A stretch of 64,000 bases of DNA from Antedon mediterranea. Lineage: Eukaryota; Animalia; Echinodermata. The stretch spans positions 25,355,648-25,419,647 of the forward strand of contig NC_092673.1 of the NCBI RefSeq assembly GCF_964355755.1, in the 5' to 3' direction. Position numbers and translations under genes: made by a program. Positions 48,161 through 62,280 of this stretch are shown one piece after another (within the stretch, counting starts at the first letter, position 1; the number at the start of each line of letters is the position of its first letter). The notes below the pieces were generated by a model. That model did no database searches, was not told the origin of the DNA, and worked only from the letters and a program-made list of their open reading frames with translations.

Positions 48161-48932
48161 ATGATTCATGGCCGGTTAAATATTTCATTTTTCGTTTGTA
48201 TGTATGTTTTAGTTATAATACATGTTAAATCTATATCATCGAAAGTCATCTATTACCAACCAGGAGATTATCTCATTGGATACGTAGATTCTGGAGAAAC
48301 ATCAGATTTTTCAGACGATTCGCATTCGATTTTGAACATCACTATAAACATGTTAGCGGCAGTAGATTATGTTAACGAAGATGTTTTGCAAAACATAACA
48401 TTAGGAGTCGTCATGTTTAGCGATATATCTTTAGTAAGGAATGATATTGAACAACTTGAAGGATTATGTAATACAACAAATAACTTAATCAGTTTGGTTG
48501 TAACAATGAGCAGCGGCATTACCAAAAGTATGATGGAAATCTCTAAAGCGTTTCATACTCCAATAATAATTGATAACCATCAGGAAATGTTTCAAGATTT
48601 TAACGAAAACGTTTTTTATGTTGGAGAAAATTGGCGTTCGATTATTAGCGCGATTTTAAAGCTTCTTAGTCAATTTTGTTGGGATTGGATAGGTATAATT
48701 GCTCCTGATACGTCCGACAGTCGTCTGTTTGTTAGTCACGTGTTATCAGAAGCTCCAATGTATAATATCTGCTCTGCTTTCGAGGTATTCATGACAGGTT
48801 ACGTCTCAGAGGATCAAATGTCACTTAAACAGACTATAACAGATTTTGCGAAAGTTAAAGTAATAATTTCGTTTTTAGATATTTATCACTTTAAGGATAT
48901 TATAAGTTTGCCATCGGATGAAACCTTTTTTG
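48161..48932 (+). CDS. Class C GPCR exon 1 (signal peptide and VFT N-terminus)
   Basis: ORF 48161.., donor G|GTAAGC. Confidence 0.88.
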
Positions 48933-51900
48933 GTAAGCATTGTCACCTAATATTTGACCATTCATTCAACATAATCTATTTAATACATTTCCTTTCATGG
49001 TGTTTTTCATAAATATCCAACAACAATGTTCAGTAGTTTTCACGGCATAAGCCAATTTTCGGAAAACGCTATTCTTTCACCAATTTAATAGTATTTTAGG
49101 TATGTTTACTGCAAACTATGCTATTTTACTCCTTTTTTTGCTTTCAAATTATCACATATATATAAATTTTCTATTTTCTCAATCGCATGACATAGAGTAA
49201 GAATAACATATTTATTTATTACAGACCTTGTTTGGGTTATACCTAAAGACCGAACGAACTCTGTCATAACACCATACATTCAAGGAATGGGCATCACCCG
49301 AGAACCACATGACCAGCATGAAATTGGCAGTCAATGGTACACCGGTTTGGAAAGCATTTGCAACAGCTCACGTGACAACCAGTTTGGTGAAAACACAGGC
49401 AATGCGTTAGCTTGTAGTAAATATATTGTAACAGATTTTATATGTAATGATTTACAATCTTTACATGGAAATGTGCAAGCTAAAAACAGAAATGTGGAAC
49501 GAGCCGTAGAGGCCATAGCGCATTCATTGACAAGTACTCTAGATGACCACCAAGGTAGTTTAACGGTAAATAAGACTGCGTTCGTAGACAATCTACAAAA
49601 GGTAGGCAAGATGGTATTTCATAAATATTAATAACTGCAGTAATACAGACATTAAGAAATTACTCATTGTGATTATTCATCGAGTTATTTTTCTTATTTC
49701 AACAATTTTTAACAGAGAAGTTGATCCATCCATGTTGCGTAGTAGTTTTTTTTTAAAATTATAGGCCTGTTTCTCAAACTTAATCAATTTCACCTTTTTA
49801 TTTAGGTGAACTTCATCGGTTCAGACGGAAAGCAGTTTTATTTTGACAAAAACAACTACTCTCCTACTAACTTTATTCTGGTAAACTATCAAACAGAAAT
49901 CACGGAACAACAAACAAATGGCGTAGTAAGAAAGTTTGTTGGCACGTACAGCGAAACCATGTCGGGCAGCAATGAATTAAGAATCAACATTTCAGAAACA
50001 GTATTTCAAAATTCCGAAGAAAACGTAAGTTTTGTTTTTATGAATTAATATTTCTCCTCTATGGTCAATGTTAAGGTTAAAAAAAACTAGAAATTTTATT
50101 ATGTTGGATGCCACAGGGATTAGCAAGTTTTTTCAATAATTGAAATTCCGGAGAAAGAACCTTTTAAGTTGATATAAAAACGCATTTGGACACCCAGTTT
50201 GGGGCTTTCATGTGCCAGACAATAGTGTACAGTGCCTATTTATTTCATTTTAATTTGTTTTTCTTTCAAAATAACTATAAATAACATAACTGAATGTATG
50301 TGTTAATGGTTCTGGTTCAGATTGTAGATATCTATTTAGTTGAATCTTCCTCTTCAACAGTACCGTATGTTATCGCGTTTGTAAAGCACTCAAATTGGAT
50401 ATCACGAACATAACAATTATTTACCATAGATAAAACAAATAGTAACATGTTTTTATACTGATGAATAGTCCATTAAAGATCACGTGCTTGGCTGATACTA
50501 CATTAATAACATCACGCAGTTTAAACATTACTATAAAATAATGTTACTATGTTACCACTTTGGTGAAATACTGAACGATTAATATTTGTTGGATAAAAAA
50601 TCAAACAAAATTCAATCTGACATTCTAATTTTAAACAAAAATTAACGCTTTGTCAAATTACTGTATAACAGATTGTTTGTGATTAAATTAACCGAAAGCA
50701 TTGACAACAATACGAAGTTTAAACATTGTATAACATTTTCAGTTTCATATTAAATTAACTATATTTTAGATATCATGTTAACCTCACGAAAGTCAAACAA
50801 CGTATACATACATAGCACAGAGGATGACACGTAATGTACATAAGACAGTCTAACTGTTGAAAATAAATTTGCAATATGTTCTGATTTTTACAAATTGAAG
50901 AGTCAGACTCAAATATTAATCATCTAAAAATTATCTTTCATACATTGTAAACGTCCATTTAAATTAAAAATCTTCGCTTCTGGGTATCCGCTTGCGTCAT
51001 CTGTGTATCGACCTACTAATACTTTCTTTTAAGTTTTATTATAGGATTAAGTAAATAATAAAAGGACGTTATTTATTCTTAGATACCAGTTTCTACATGT
51101 CATGAGCCATGCAAGACGGGTTCTTATGAGATTAAACAACATCACTCGCGGCAGTGCTGTACTATTTGCCTAGAATGCGAAAATTCTATTCCATTTCTAA
51201 ATAGTTCAACAGGTAAGTTTTATCACAAACGCAAACAAAATGTATTAATTTATCTCACTGATTAAATGAATGGAAATTGGAAGAGGACAGTCACTCGCAA
51301 AATATGTTTAGCAATCGTGATTTATGCTATTATTGAATAGGCCTATAGAATATAATTAACATAAAAGTATAAATTCAAAAAACTAATTTTAATATTATCT
51401 TCCATAAACATCATTTGTTAGTACATTAATTATAAAGCTGCTAGGAAAGATAGACTCCAATGCGGGTACCCTCCACCCCACCAGCCACATTATCGAGAAT
51501 GGTTAAAATGCTTATAATCTATCGGTACAATCTGTCATTAACATCCCCAACAAATCCTACATACTGTAGCTACCCGACCTAACCCTATTTCCAATTAGGC
51601 AAATACCGAATAACCGTACAGATTTTCTATCTCCCAGTACGAGATAATAAAGTATTGCTGTGCTAAAGTTGTTTTAATTACTCTCCTATAGAAATAGTCT
51701 TTGTCCTGCTGTACTTTCAACAAACATGCGCCAGACGAGTTATAAAATTAAGGGAACTTTATTACTCAATAATTAAACCATAAACTTGTCGCTTTTGTAA
51801 TTTTAGTAAGATGTGTTTTAAATCGCCTCTGTTACTATTGTGAACAATTACGTGTTATACATTATTTATAGGTTGCATCATTTCCATCAACTTAATTTGA

Positions 51901-53704
51901 TAGTTTGAATTAATTTGTAATCGTATTTTCAGGTTTAATCGGATGCTTAGAGTGCGAACCGCATCAATATTTCGACGTGCAACTCGGGAGATGCGAAAGT
52001 AATATTATCGATTACTTAGAATGGACAGATATCGGCACGTACATTGGACTCATTCTAGCGTTTATTGGTCATTTGACAACGTTAGTCGTCATGGTGATAT
52101 TCATTAAATATCGAGTCACGCCCATCGTTAAAGCATCTAATTATCACCTCAGCATGCTTCTGCTGTTTAGTCTTTTATTAGACTTTTCTCTTCCTTTCAT
52201 TCATATTGGATTGCCGTCATATTTCAAATGCCTTTTAGCAGTCGCATTACAAGGCCCGTCTGTCACCATCGCTTTATCGATATTTCTTGTAAAGACACAT
52301 CGCGTGTTAACTATCTTCGAATCTCGTTTACCATCTCTGAACAAAAAATGGTTGATGGGCCATCATTTACAATTCATCCTCGTGTTTATTCTCACTCTAA
52401 TCGAAATTGTATCTGTAACAGTTTATTTAATTTACCAACCACCGTATGTTGTTTACATTGAAGAACCTAATATAACATACATACAGTGCCAGTACACAGG
52501 TGTTGCTATAATTGCTGTATACTCATACAATTGGATCATTGCTACTCTTTGTTTCATATTGTCTTTTCGAGCCAGACACCTTCCGGTAAACTACAACGAA
52601 TCTCGTCACATGACAATCACAATGGCAGCATATTATACCGTCTGGCTTACACTTTTACCGCCATATTTACTCTTAAAAGGGCGTCTCAAGACGTTATTAC
52701 AACTAGCGGTTCTTGTTTTTGCTGCATATACGTTGTTACTATGTCTTTTTATGCCGAAAGTTTACGTAATAATATTTTGTCCAGAAAGAAACACAATTGA
52801 AGAGTCCAGGCGAATGACTCTGGTGCACACGCAACGCCGGTCTATTTCTTACTTCGAGTCAGCAGCTTCGCACAAGGCTTCAGTTCGTTCCTCTGCAAGT
52901 AACCCGGCGATAAGAACGGTATCAGCCTCTTTTGAAATCAGCACAGAACAACAAGATAATTCCACTATGAGACCTACTGTTATGAAACAACAAGATAATT
53001 CCACTATGAGATCTACTGTTATAAGAAAAGATAATTCGGTTTCTGTAGATGAAACAAACAGGAGCGTAGAAATTATCACTGAACCACTAAAAAAGGAAAA
53101 TATGCGTAATCGGCGAAACGCAGTTTCTGAAAATGTTGTGGAAATTGTAAGAGAAAGCTCTGCATCTTCTGGAGGTCAGATAGACCAAAAATTGCAGATT
53201 TCCAAAGCATCACTTAATGATCAACGTAATTTAGTTTATGAACATGTTGTGGAAGTTGTTAGTGAAAGTCCAGCTTCTGGAGATCAGATAAATGAAGAAA
53301 ACTTGAGAATGTCTAAAGCATCACTTAGTGATCGACGTAATTCAGTTTATGAACCTGTTGTGGGAGATGTTAGTGAAAGTCCAGCTTCTGGAGATCAGAT
53401 AAATGAAGAAAACTTGAGAATGTCTAAAGCATCACTTAGTGATCGACGTAATTCAGTTTATGAACCTGTTGTGGGAGATGTTAGTGAAAGTCCAGCTTCT
53501 GGAGATCAGCTAAATGAAAACTTGAGAATGTCTAAAGCATCACTTAGTGATCGACGTAATTCAGTTTATGAACCTGTGGTGGGAGATGTTAGTGAAATTC
53601 CAGCTTCTGGAGATCAGATAAATGAAGAAAACTTGAGAATGTCTAAAGCATCACTTAGTTATCGGCATAGTTCAGTTTCTGAAACTGACGTGGAAAGTTG
53701 TTAG
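48161..53704 (+). CDS. Class C GPCR (CaSR/GPRC6A/taste-receptor-like), 5 coding exons: 48161-48932, 49225-49601, 49806-50024, 51083-51212, 51933-53704; about 1089 aa
   Basis: Signal peptide and Venus-flytrap motifs (PGDYLIG, QNITLG, FCWDWIG), a nine-cysteine domain, and 7TM motifs (TPIVKAS, FRARHLPVNYNES, FMPKVYVI). All introns are GT-AG with consistent phases 1,0,0,1. Confidence 0.93.
49225..49601 (+). CDS. Class C GPCR exon 2
   Basis: ACAG acceptor, LVWVIP..AVEAIAHSL, AAG|GTAGGC donor. Confidence 0.88.
49806..50024 (+). CDS. Class C GPCR exon 3
   Basis: TTTAG acceptor, VNFIGSDGKQFYFD, AAC|GTAAGT donor. Confidence 0.88.
51083..51212 (+). CDS. Class C GPCR exon 4 (cysteine-rich domain)
   Basis: Not in the ORF track. 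Reads IPVSTCHEPCKTG..CCTICLEC with AG/GT boundaries. Confidence 0.9.
51933..53704 (+). CDS. Class C GPCR exon 5 (7TM and repeat tail)
   Basis: TTTTCAG acceptor in frame with ORF 51977..53704. Confidence 0.93.
53200..53700 (+). repeat. Coding minisatellite, 111-bp (37-aa) unit, about 4.5 copies plus a degenerate copy upstream
   Basis: ATGTCTAAAGCA recurs at 53309, 53420, 53528 and 53639. Confidence 0.95.
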
Positions 53705-54104
53705 AAAAAGTTCAGTTTCTGTAGATCAAGAGGACAAATTTGATATTTTTAAAGAACATTTGAAAGAGAAAGACCTTGATTTAGTTGCTGAACCGGTTGC
53801 TGGTGGAGAAGATTCAGTTTCTACGTGTTATAAAAACTAGAGGAAATTAGTTGTTGAACCTGCTATGGGAGTTGTTAAAGAAGATTGTTAAATATTCAAG
53901 CAGAACAACTACACAACTAGATGAGGATTGTCATTGTAAATTTTCAAATTGCTAGAACAGTTAAAATTAAAGACAACTGAGAGCACATGGCAACAACATA
54001 ATAAATATCATGAAAATCATGTTTCTTGCTGTCAAATGAGAAAATATAAAAGAACTACTTGAAAAGTACGTTATCGATTACAAGCAAGGGATTAAACTAA
54101 ACCC

Positions 54105-54435
54105 TTTACTTGTTTACTTACTTACTTACTTGTTTACTTGTTTCCGGAGCTCAGCAATGCTGGGTCCGGAGTCGAGGCTAGGCTATGCCTATAAGCCCCT
54201 CTTGATAATTACATCAACTCTTGAATATGGCGCAAATTTAAGAGGGTGGTTGGACCATGCCCGTTCAAGACCGGACTTAAATTGATTGCTTGATCTTGAA
54301 GCTACTACATCCTCCGATAACGAATTCCATAATATAATAGCTTTTCGACCAAATGAGTCCCTCGTCCAATTTGTGCGTGAGAACTTAAATTTTAATTTAA
54401 AAGAATAACCACGTGTTCTAACGTGTTCTTTCCAA
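54105..54435 (-). mobile_element. CR1 LINE 3' fragment
   Basis: Minus strand encodes RTRGYSFKL..WNSLSEDVV..FKSGLE, followed by an (AGTA)n tail. Confidence 0.8.
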
Positions 54436-57400
54436 TTTCTGTAGAAGAGAAATAGTGATGAAGTAACCTTACTGTCATTGATCTTTATAACAATATCGTG
54501 TAGGTCTTCTACTTACTTCTAGTTCACACAATTTAAATTTGGAATAGCTGTTGAACTTTTACTTGCGTGTGGTTCATTATCTGGTAGTAAAAAGTAAAAA
54601 GTACAGAACAAATTTAAACAAGTAATCGTTAATATAACAATAAAATCATTGATCACTAAATGTTGTTATTGTGTATGTCTCCCTCTACAAGGATAATATC
54701 CATATGATACAGTATTCGAGTCATAAAGTCAGGAAAGAGAGGTATTCCTTTAATTTATTACCTTGTTTATTGCCCTGAACAATGTCATAACTTTTGAAAT
54801 TGGACCCAACTTCTTGTGTGTGCAATTATTTTTCAAAAATTCCCCTAAAAAAATTCTTGTTCTATAGCTTTAATCTAGGCCTATATATTAGGATTTAAAC
54901 TGTTATATATACTGTGTTATTAGAGCTTTATTATCGTATTCGGTAATACAATTAATTCGTCTTTACTTTAGACCTGATTTCACTAGGTTTAGGCCTAATG
55001 CTGTTTTGAATACAAAACAGTAATGAAGTGTAAAAAGTAAATTATCAAATTACAGCACTTTGGCCTAATTGTTATAACTGACATAATTATTCATCCGATA
55101 TTCTTCTCTTTGTTTGTTCAGTGCATTAACAATGTGCAGTGATACATGACGTGGCGACTATCTCTCACTGGCTAAACCCAGAGGCCGGGGCCCCGAGCAT
55201 GAAAAACCTCAATGCAACTACTTTAGTGTTGGAGGGCCCCTTGGGAGTGCTAAACCAGGCGACTTTTCCCCCTGCGTTACGGTGCAGCTAACAATTGGAA
55301 TTGGAATCGTATTTTAACGTTTATGTTATAAGGGTAAAAACAAATGCAACAAGTGACTGTATTCAGCAATTTGCATAATACTTGCCTTAATCTGCTGGTT
55401 ATGAGACACAAGGTACTTATCATGGATAGTCATATTAAATATAATGAAAGACAATTGCCATTGTGATGGCTTCCGATATAGCAACGTCCGGGTGGATCAG
55501 GAAATAATGATATTGATGAGTAGTGATCCAAAGACAATTTAAAACATTGCTGTGACTAATAGGCCTATAAACAATGCAAATAAAAAATGGAAGATTCTCG
55601 GTCTGTGTCTAGTATTTGTTTTTGTGGCTTGGTTGACGTAAATTGTTTCGAAACAATTCTACTGGAATTCCCTTCGGTGATTTCCTCTGAAAGTAGAACA
55701 TTCGGGAAATGTCCCAAAGATATATTGTGTTTTTGTTGATTAATATATAATTATCATAAGGATAAAAGTTATATGAAACCAGAAAACAGTGCATCTAAAA
55801 ATCCTCACAGTCACATTCGTCCCCTATGGGATAAGCCTACTGTAGAGTAGTTAGATATTTTAGAGGGTTAAGTATATTAATTAGGAAGTAGATGTTGTAG
55901 ATGGGACTTTCCGTCATCAGACGCGATACAGGTGCAGGGTGTTTAATGTCGATAAACGTGATACCGACGAGATATCGACTGGAAATATTGGTCTAGCAAT
56001 TCTATAAAATAACGACCGAAATAAACCAAAGTTTTATATTAAATCTGTTATTCACTCTCCGACTACATTGTAATGTATTATACAATGTAATGTCATGGTA
56101 CCATGACATTACATGGAATGTCATGGTACCATTATTAGTGTCAATCATTGATATATAGAAAAGCAGAAGCTAAAGGTCGAACAAAAACATTGAAGGGGAA
56201 CTTTTCTTGAAGTTGCGTGAAGTACTTCCTCAATTTTGTGGAGATAGCCTGCAAAAGTAAGCACTGTTATCTGAATCTAGGTCAAAAGATTACCATTATG
56301 TAATACAATGGATATTATAGTTTAATAAAGGTTATCTATAGGGTTAAAAATTAGCAAATGCATAGAGTAAGTGACAATGTTCAGGTAAAAGTACATTCAT
56401 ACGGTATCTATCTATAACCCCGTTGGCGTTGAAAAGGTTCTGACGTGACCTCAGATAACACGTTCTAAACTGAGAGACGGGCTATGACTAGTCAAGGGGA
56501 TTGCATTCTGCTCCGTTTCTGCAATTAGTCTGTGATCTCTTTTTGCCCGATTTCTGTTTTACGACCTTTCTTTAATAATGTCATCATAGCCTATTTGATT
56601 CACCTTCCAACTCGAAATTTCAGGCTACGCCGCCGCTATGAATCTCTTGGGGCAAATTTTGCAACGGGACCAAACAGTGATTTTTAATATGTACAGTACC
56701 TGTATTGAGCTGTTTATCTACTTATCGGTTCATACCAAGTTCATGCAACCCAAGTCTTGTCATCGTCCATTATATAGGGGGGTCAACTATTATGACTACA
56801 ACTAATTTCCATAATTAATGATTACATTTTTTAACCAAAAAAATTAAAATGACATAAACTAGTAAAGTATGAACATTTCCAGACTTTGTAATAATTACCA
56901 TCTATTCATTAAACAGGTCACAGAAAGATAATCATAACCATTACCCGAGTGAAAAATGGTAGATCCCAGCTCGCTAACACTCAAACATAGGTATCTTAAT
57001 TTGGCAATTGTGAATATAAAACACGACATATAGAACTAAATAACACCTAATAATTGTTCCTTATATATCAAACATTAGAATGATATAAAAATTAAAATGC
57101 TACGTACAATTATATAATGAAAAATTAACCCCAAACTTAGCTACAATCAAACGGTCTGTCAAGTGAAGGCTTGATAACACAGGCAAACCTTATTTGAATT
57201 TTGCCTCCTTTTTGAGGATTTTTTAGATTTTTTCAAAATAGATTTTGCTATTTTGACACAGTCTATTTTAAGCCAATACTCATAAGAAAAGTATGTAAGG
57301 AATCAGCTTTCTTTTAAGAAACTATCCAAAATTGCAAATAAAACACTGTGGGGCTTTAGAAAATAGGCAAAACATTGACATCACACTGTCAGCGGGCAAT

Positions 57401-58099
57401 GGATGGTGAGTTTTAAAACGTAAAATGACACATCCTTTTTGTAACTTTACAATTTCAAACATATATCATTATGTTCAGTATTGTCTACAGTTTATTTTGA
57501 GCTACTATCCAAAAAAATCCGATTTATAATAGCCGAGATATTTAATTTAGGTGGGAACATGAAAATCAAGTGTTTTGTAGAATATCACGATGCGAAATCA
57601 GTGGTATTCATGAGTGTGTTGAGGCAATTTAGCTATTTCGTTGCTCAAGAGATTCATATACGTGTAAATTAAACAAGAATATTTCTTACAAAAAACGCTG
57701 CTCGCTTATTGTTATTGCTAAGGTCAAGTCTGGGGGTCACTTCATCACGCCTAGATACTTCAAGTATCCTATTACAAACAAAAACTTCAATGGACTGTTT
57801 TGATAATAATTCAATGATTATCTGACAGCGAATTATATCATGGGACTCATAAATACCAGAATGCTTTGGGATTTGTCGTTAGACTCTTTTCTCAGCCGTT
57901 TTTGGATTCAACAGGTGGTACCAATAAATTATAGTGGAGTTTCCATTTTAACAAAAATGTCAAAGTGTAGTACTATAAAGCTGCTTGATTTCATCTAATG
58001 AATGAGTCATCTCGTGTGACGTAGCGGGCTAGAGCAGCAGCGTGAAAAATGTAAATCGTTTTAAACATTTTAAACATGTTTAAACATGTTCAGCAATTT

Positions 58100-58142
58100 C
58101 GGTCGGTTGGTCGGTTGGTTGGTCGGTCGGTAAACACTAACT
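58100..58142 (-). repeat. Fragment of an interspersed repeat with an (ACCG/ACCA)n microsatellite
   Basis: Reverse complement of 61483-61515. Confidence 0.6.
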
Positions 58143-60049
58143 TGGCCGCGTGGAACATGATATTAGATAGTGTGAGTTTGATGAATCAATTCTAAGCCAA
58201 TCTAGTTGTAATGCTGTTTTCACATTCTCAGAATTTATCAAAACATGTTTCAATCTGTCAAAAAAGGAATTTCCGAAAAATGCATTTCTATTGTCAAATA
58301 GTTGGATCTTAAAAGGGTAATACACGGTGTATTATTGGAGTAGAGTGAGTCATGCTGTATTTCTGAATCAGTTCTTTTTGTTGTTTGTTTATTGGTTGAA
58401 TGCATTTGTGTTGTTCAAAATAGACTATTTATGTTGTTTATTGTTTGAATACATAAGTGTTGTTCAAAATAGACTATTTATGACATAGCCTATATAATAG
58501 TATCCTATACTTGTCACGTACTGAAATGTTGCAATTCGGATTTCTTAATTGGAATATCCATGTACACTCTGCTATACGAAAAAAGAAATTAATAAGTGAT
58601 TTGAATAATTAAAATATAGTTATAACACGTAGCCTGAATAATTATCAAGTAATTAATTTTAAACTACAGATTTAATTAATTTTGAATTTTATAAGAGGTT
58701 AGTCTGTGGATCATTATTGCACAAATTGCTTTCTCAACCTGAATTGTTTGTGTTTTGTTAGACCTTAAAATAAAGTATTTTACTTTGATACAGTAATATT
58801 AAGATAACCATTATACTATTATGACTTCCCATTTCTAGGGGTCATAATTCAATCACCATATGCATATTATGATTTACATTTTTTCCATAATATTTCTCAG
58901 AAAAAAAGAAAATTCCAAAAGCAATAATGATTTTAGTTTGCTTAATTCTGATTAATTGCAAAAATAGTCCTAATGCCTGATACAATAGATTGTTTTTAAA
59001 GTGTTTAAGAAAAAGTAAAAATTTTGAAAGTTTGTATTTTATATAAGAATTAGTTTGTTTTGAATTCTTGTTTTATATTTTGTTGTATCCACCACGTCCA
59101 AGATACTGTCTGAATTAAGTTTAAGAAAGTGTATTACTACTCCCTGTATTTAAAATTAAAAGCGTTTGTTCAATAACATTTGTTCAGAAGGTGAATACAT
59201 CAGTGTGCAATAGAGCATACTGTATTGTTCTTTGTTACACCTTTATGCAAATTAGCTATATATAAACATTGCACAGGTTGTTTTGCGGGTCAGTCGACAA
59301 TTGAGCTTCGTGCTGGGTGTAGCCAATACAACAAATAAATGGAAGCTTCGGCGACACCAAACAATTATTGTGGTGTTGCGTTTAATTTATGCGTTTGTCG
59401 ACCAGTCAATTCAGTTTATTATAGTTGGGGCCTACGTTTGTTTTGAGACTCCGAAACAACATTTATCATATCTAACACATTCTGAAAAGATAATTTGATA
59501 TAATCAATAGGCTATATTAATATTAATTATTATAGATATGCTTAATAATGAAATTATTTTATGATAATGTATCTTGTCTATTATTATCGATGACATCAGT
59601 ACAAGGATAGATAGAATATTTATTGTCCTTGGTGTATATCATACGTGTATTTGTTTACTGTTAAAAATAATGTACATGTGACCATGTGACGTACTCTGGT
59701 GACTCATGATCGGATATATCCATGGATTCGATAGTAGTTGTCCATGGAAATCGAACAATGTCATATACGGTAATTCATTGCGGTTTATATACTTTACATA
59801 TCTATACACAGCTTGTTTATTGTATGTTTATTTAGCAATAGGGAAGGAAGTATAACTTGATGTTTTTTGATTGATACAATAAAACGCCAGGCCTGCCTAT
59901 AATAAACAAAATATGGGACAGGGAATATTATGAAATAACGGGCAATAATATAAGTATTCAAGCCATTATTGTTTTATAATAAGAAGCCGTAAAACTCATT
60001 GTACTATCGACAGACTGTATAGTGTTCATAAACAAACAATTTTACATTG

Positions 60050-60820
60050 AGACTAACGGTTTGAAAACCAAAAGAAAAGCAATCAAAACTAAGACCTCGC
60101 AAATAACAATAGTAGTCCTACAAGAAATATATAGGCTTACATTGAAAAGTAAAATCTAATTTTATCTTGCATCCATCATGGAAAAACCAACATATTTATG
60201 ATCAAATACTTATAGAAACATTATACTTATAGGTTTAAAAGCCAAAATAAGAGACAATAAGACCTCGAAAATAACACAGTAAAAACCATACAGGGAAGCA
60301 AAATCTAATTTGATCTTACACCTAACATGGTAAAAACCAGCGAATTCATCTAGAAACATTTATACGTTATAGATTAAACGTTTAAAAACCAAAACCAGAC
60401 CAATAAATAATGCAGACCTCGCAAATAACACAAACAGTGCAGTAAAATAGGAAAGCAAAATGTAATTGTATCTTGAATCCAGCATGGTAAAAACCAGCGA
60501 ATCTAATAATCACATACCTAGAAACATTTATACGTTCAGCTACAAAAATAAAAATTATAAAATGCATATATAGGCTATACAATTGTGGTCTAGTGGGTTG
60601 CGGAAGTGATGTTGTTTTGAGAAACAACATGTAGTGTCCATAAGTGATCTAGTATCACGGTAAAAGGACCAGTGACAGTACCAGTAGACTAAACGTTTAA
60701 AAGCCAAAACAAGACCATGAATCAAGACTACAAGCAAATAACACAAACCGGTACAAAAAAAGTAGAAGAATTGTAAGCAAAATGTAATTTTATCTTAAAT
60801 ACCCCATGGAAAAAACAGCA
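60050..60820. repeat. Degenerate tandem repeat, about 150-180-bp unit, 4 recognisable copies
   Basis: Recurring GTTTAAAAGCCAAAA..GACCTCGCAAATAACAC..AAAATGTAATTTTATCTT..CATGGAAAAA. Confidence 0.75.
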
Positions 60821-61482
60821 CTTATATGACGTAGGCTAAATCTTACATCAACCATGGTTCAAATTTACAATCAAATATAAAACTTTATGCACGTATTATG
60901 AACAAAGTCAAAAGGTGATGTACTCATAACTGATCGTTTATACCATGTGTGAACAAGTTGTGAAACTAATTTCGTCTTACTTTCTCCATTGCGAAAATCA
61001 GCATTAATTTAGCTAAACAATCACAATGTGGTAACGGGTATTAATTACAGTACACATTGTGGACAAATTAAAAGGCACATTGTTGAGAAACCTTGTATAG
61101 AAAATGCATAACAGCAAGGGTATACCGTTTAAAGCTTTGAACCTGGAAGTGAAAACTTATTGCTGTTCTTATTTCCTCTATATAAAAAAACTAGCATAGT
61201 TTATAGACGTATCCAAATGAAAGGTGCCGTTACCCGTTACAGTGTACACATTAGGAACAATTAAAAACGCACAGTATGGCAAACTTTAAACCTAGGAGAG
61301 GAACCGTACGGTTGTTCTTACTTCCTCGAGCATATAGTTCTGAAAATGAATCATCAAATACAGTGGAGGGTACCGTATTTATTAGGCCTACCATGTAAAC
61401 GTCAAAGAACATTTGAGCCGATTTGAACCTGGAAAGAAAGTAAACAAGGTCAAACATGGCTGCAGTCGCGTGCTCAAATTTG

Positions 61483-61554
61483 AGTTAGTGTTTACCGACC
61501 AACCGACCGACCGACATAGTGAGCTGTAGAGTCGCGTTTGCCCACGACTAAAAA
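61483..61554 (+). mobile_element. Putative Helitron/Helentron-like non-autonomous element end
   Basis: (CCGA)n microsatellite, then hairpin AGTCG..CGACT and an A-run. Family assignment is inference. Confidence 0.5.
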
Positions 61555-62280
61555 CTGTTTTTCACATACTTCTATAATCAAATAGAGAGTATATTATTTA
61601 CAGTGTGTAAATTAGGAACAAAATATTACGCATGATTAGTGTTGAACTATATAAGGAAGTAAAAACTAATCGTTTTGTACTTCTATTTAAACAATTACAA
61701 ACGTATTATATAGTTAGTCTTAATCTTGTAGTGTATAATGCTACTATATATATAATAATATATTATAATGAGTATTTTATGTGACCGGCTATAAAATGTC
61801 AACCAGGTGGGCCTGTGTTTTTATAGTTATGGGCGTGGCAATTTTGTTTTCTAATAGCATACTGCATTGAATACTACCTGAAAATTTCTTTAAAAGAAAA
61901 CTTTTATTTCCGGTTTTTGGCGTTTACTCGAATTAAATTGTATTTTTCATTGTCAATTAATTATAACATTTTGATGATACATGACATTGTAAATATAAAC
62001 TAGGCCTACTATATAATATGTACAGCAAAATTCAAAACAGAAATAATGATGTACTGTAGGCCTAGTGCTCTTTTAAGGAGAGCACATTTAAACTGATTTG
62101 AGACCACATGCCGAGGATAAATGTACGGCGTATTAATTATGAAATAGAGAGTACTCCGAGAGTACAAACCTCCGCCTCCTGTAAAATTCTCCTACATAAA
62201 ATTTCCCCGGAAAATATATATATATATTTTAATTAGTTCTAAGTGTAAATAGGCTAACTGCACACTACAAAGTTGTGGAT

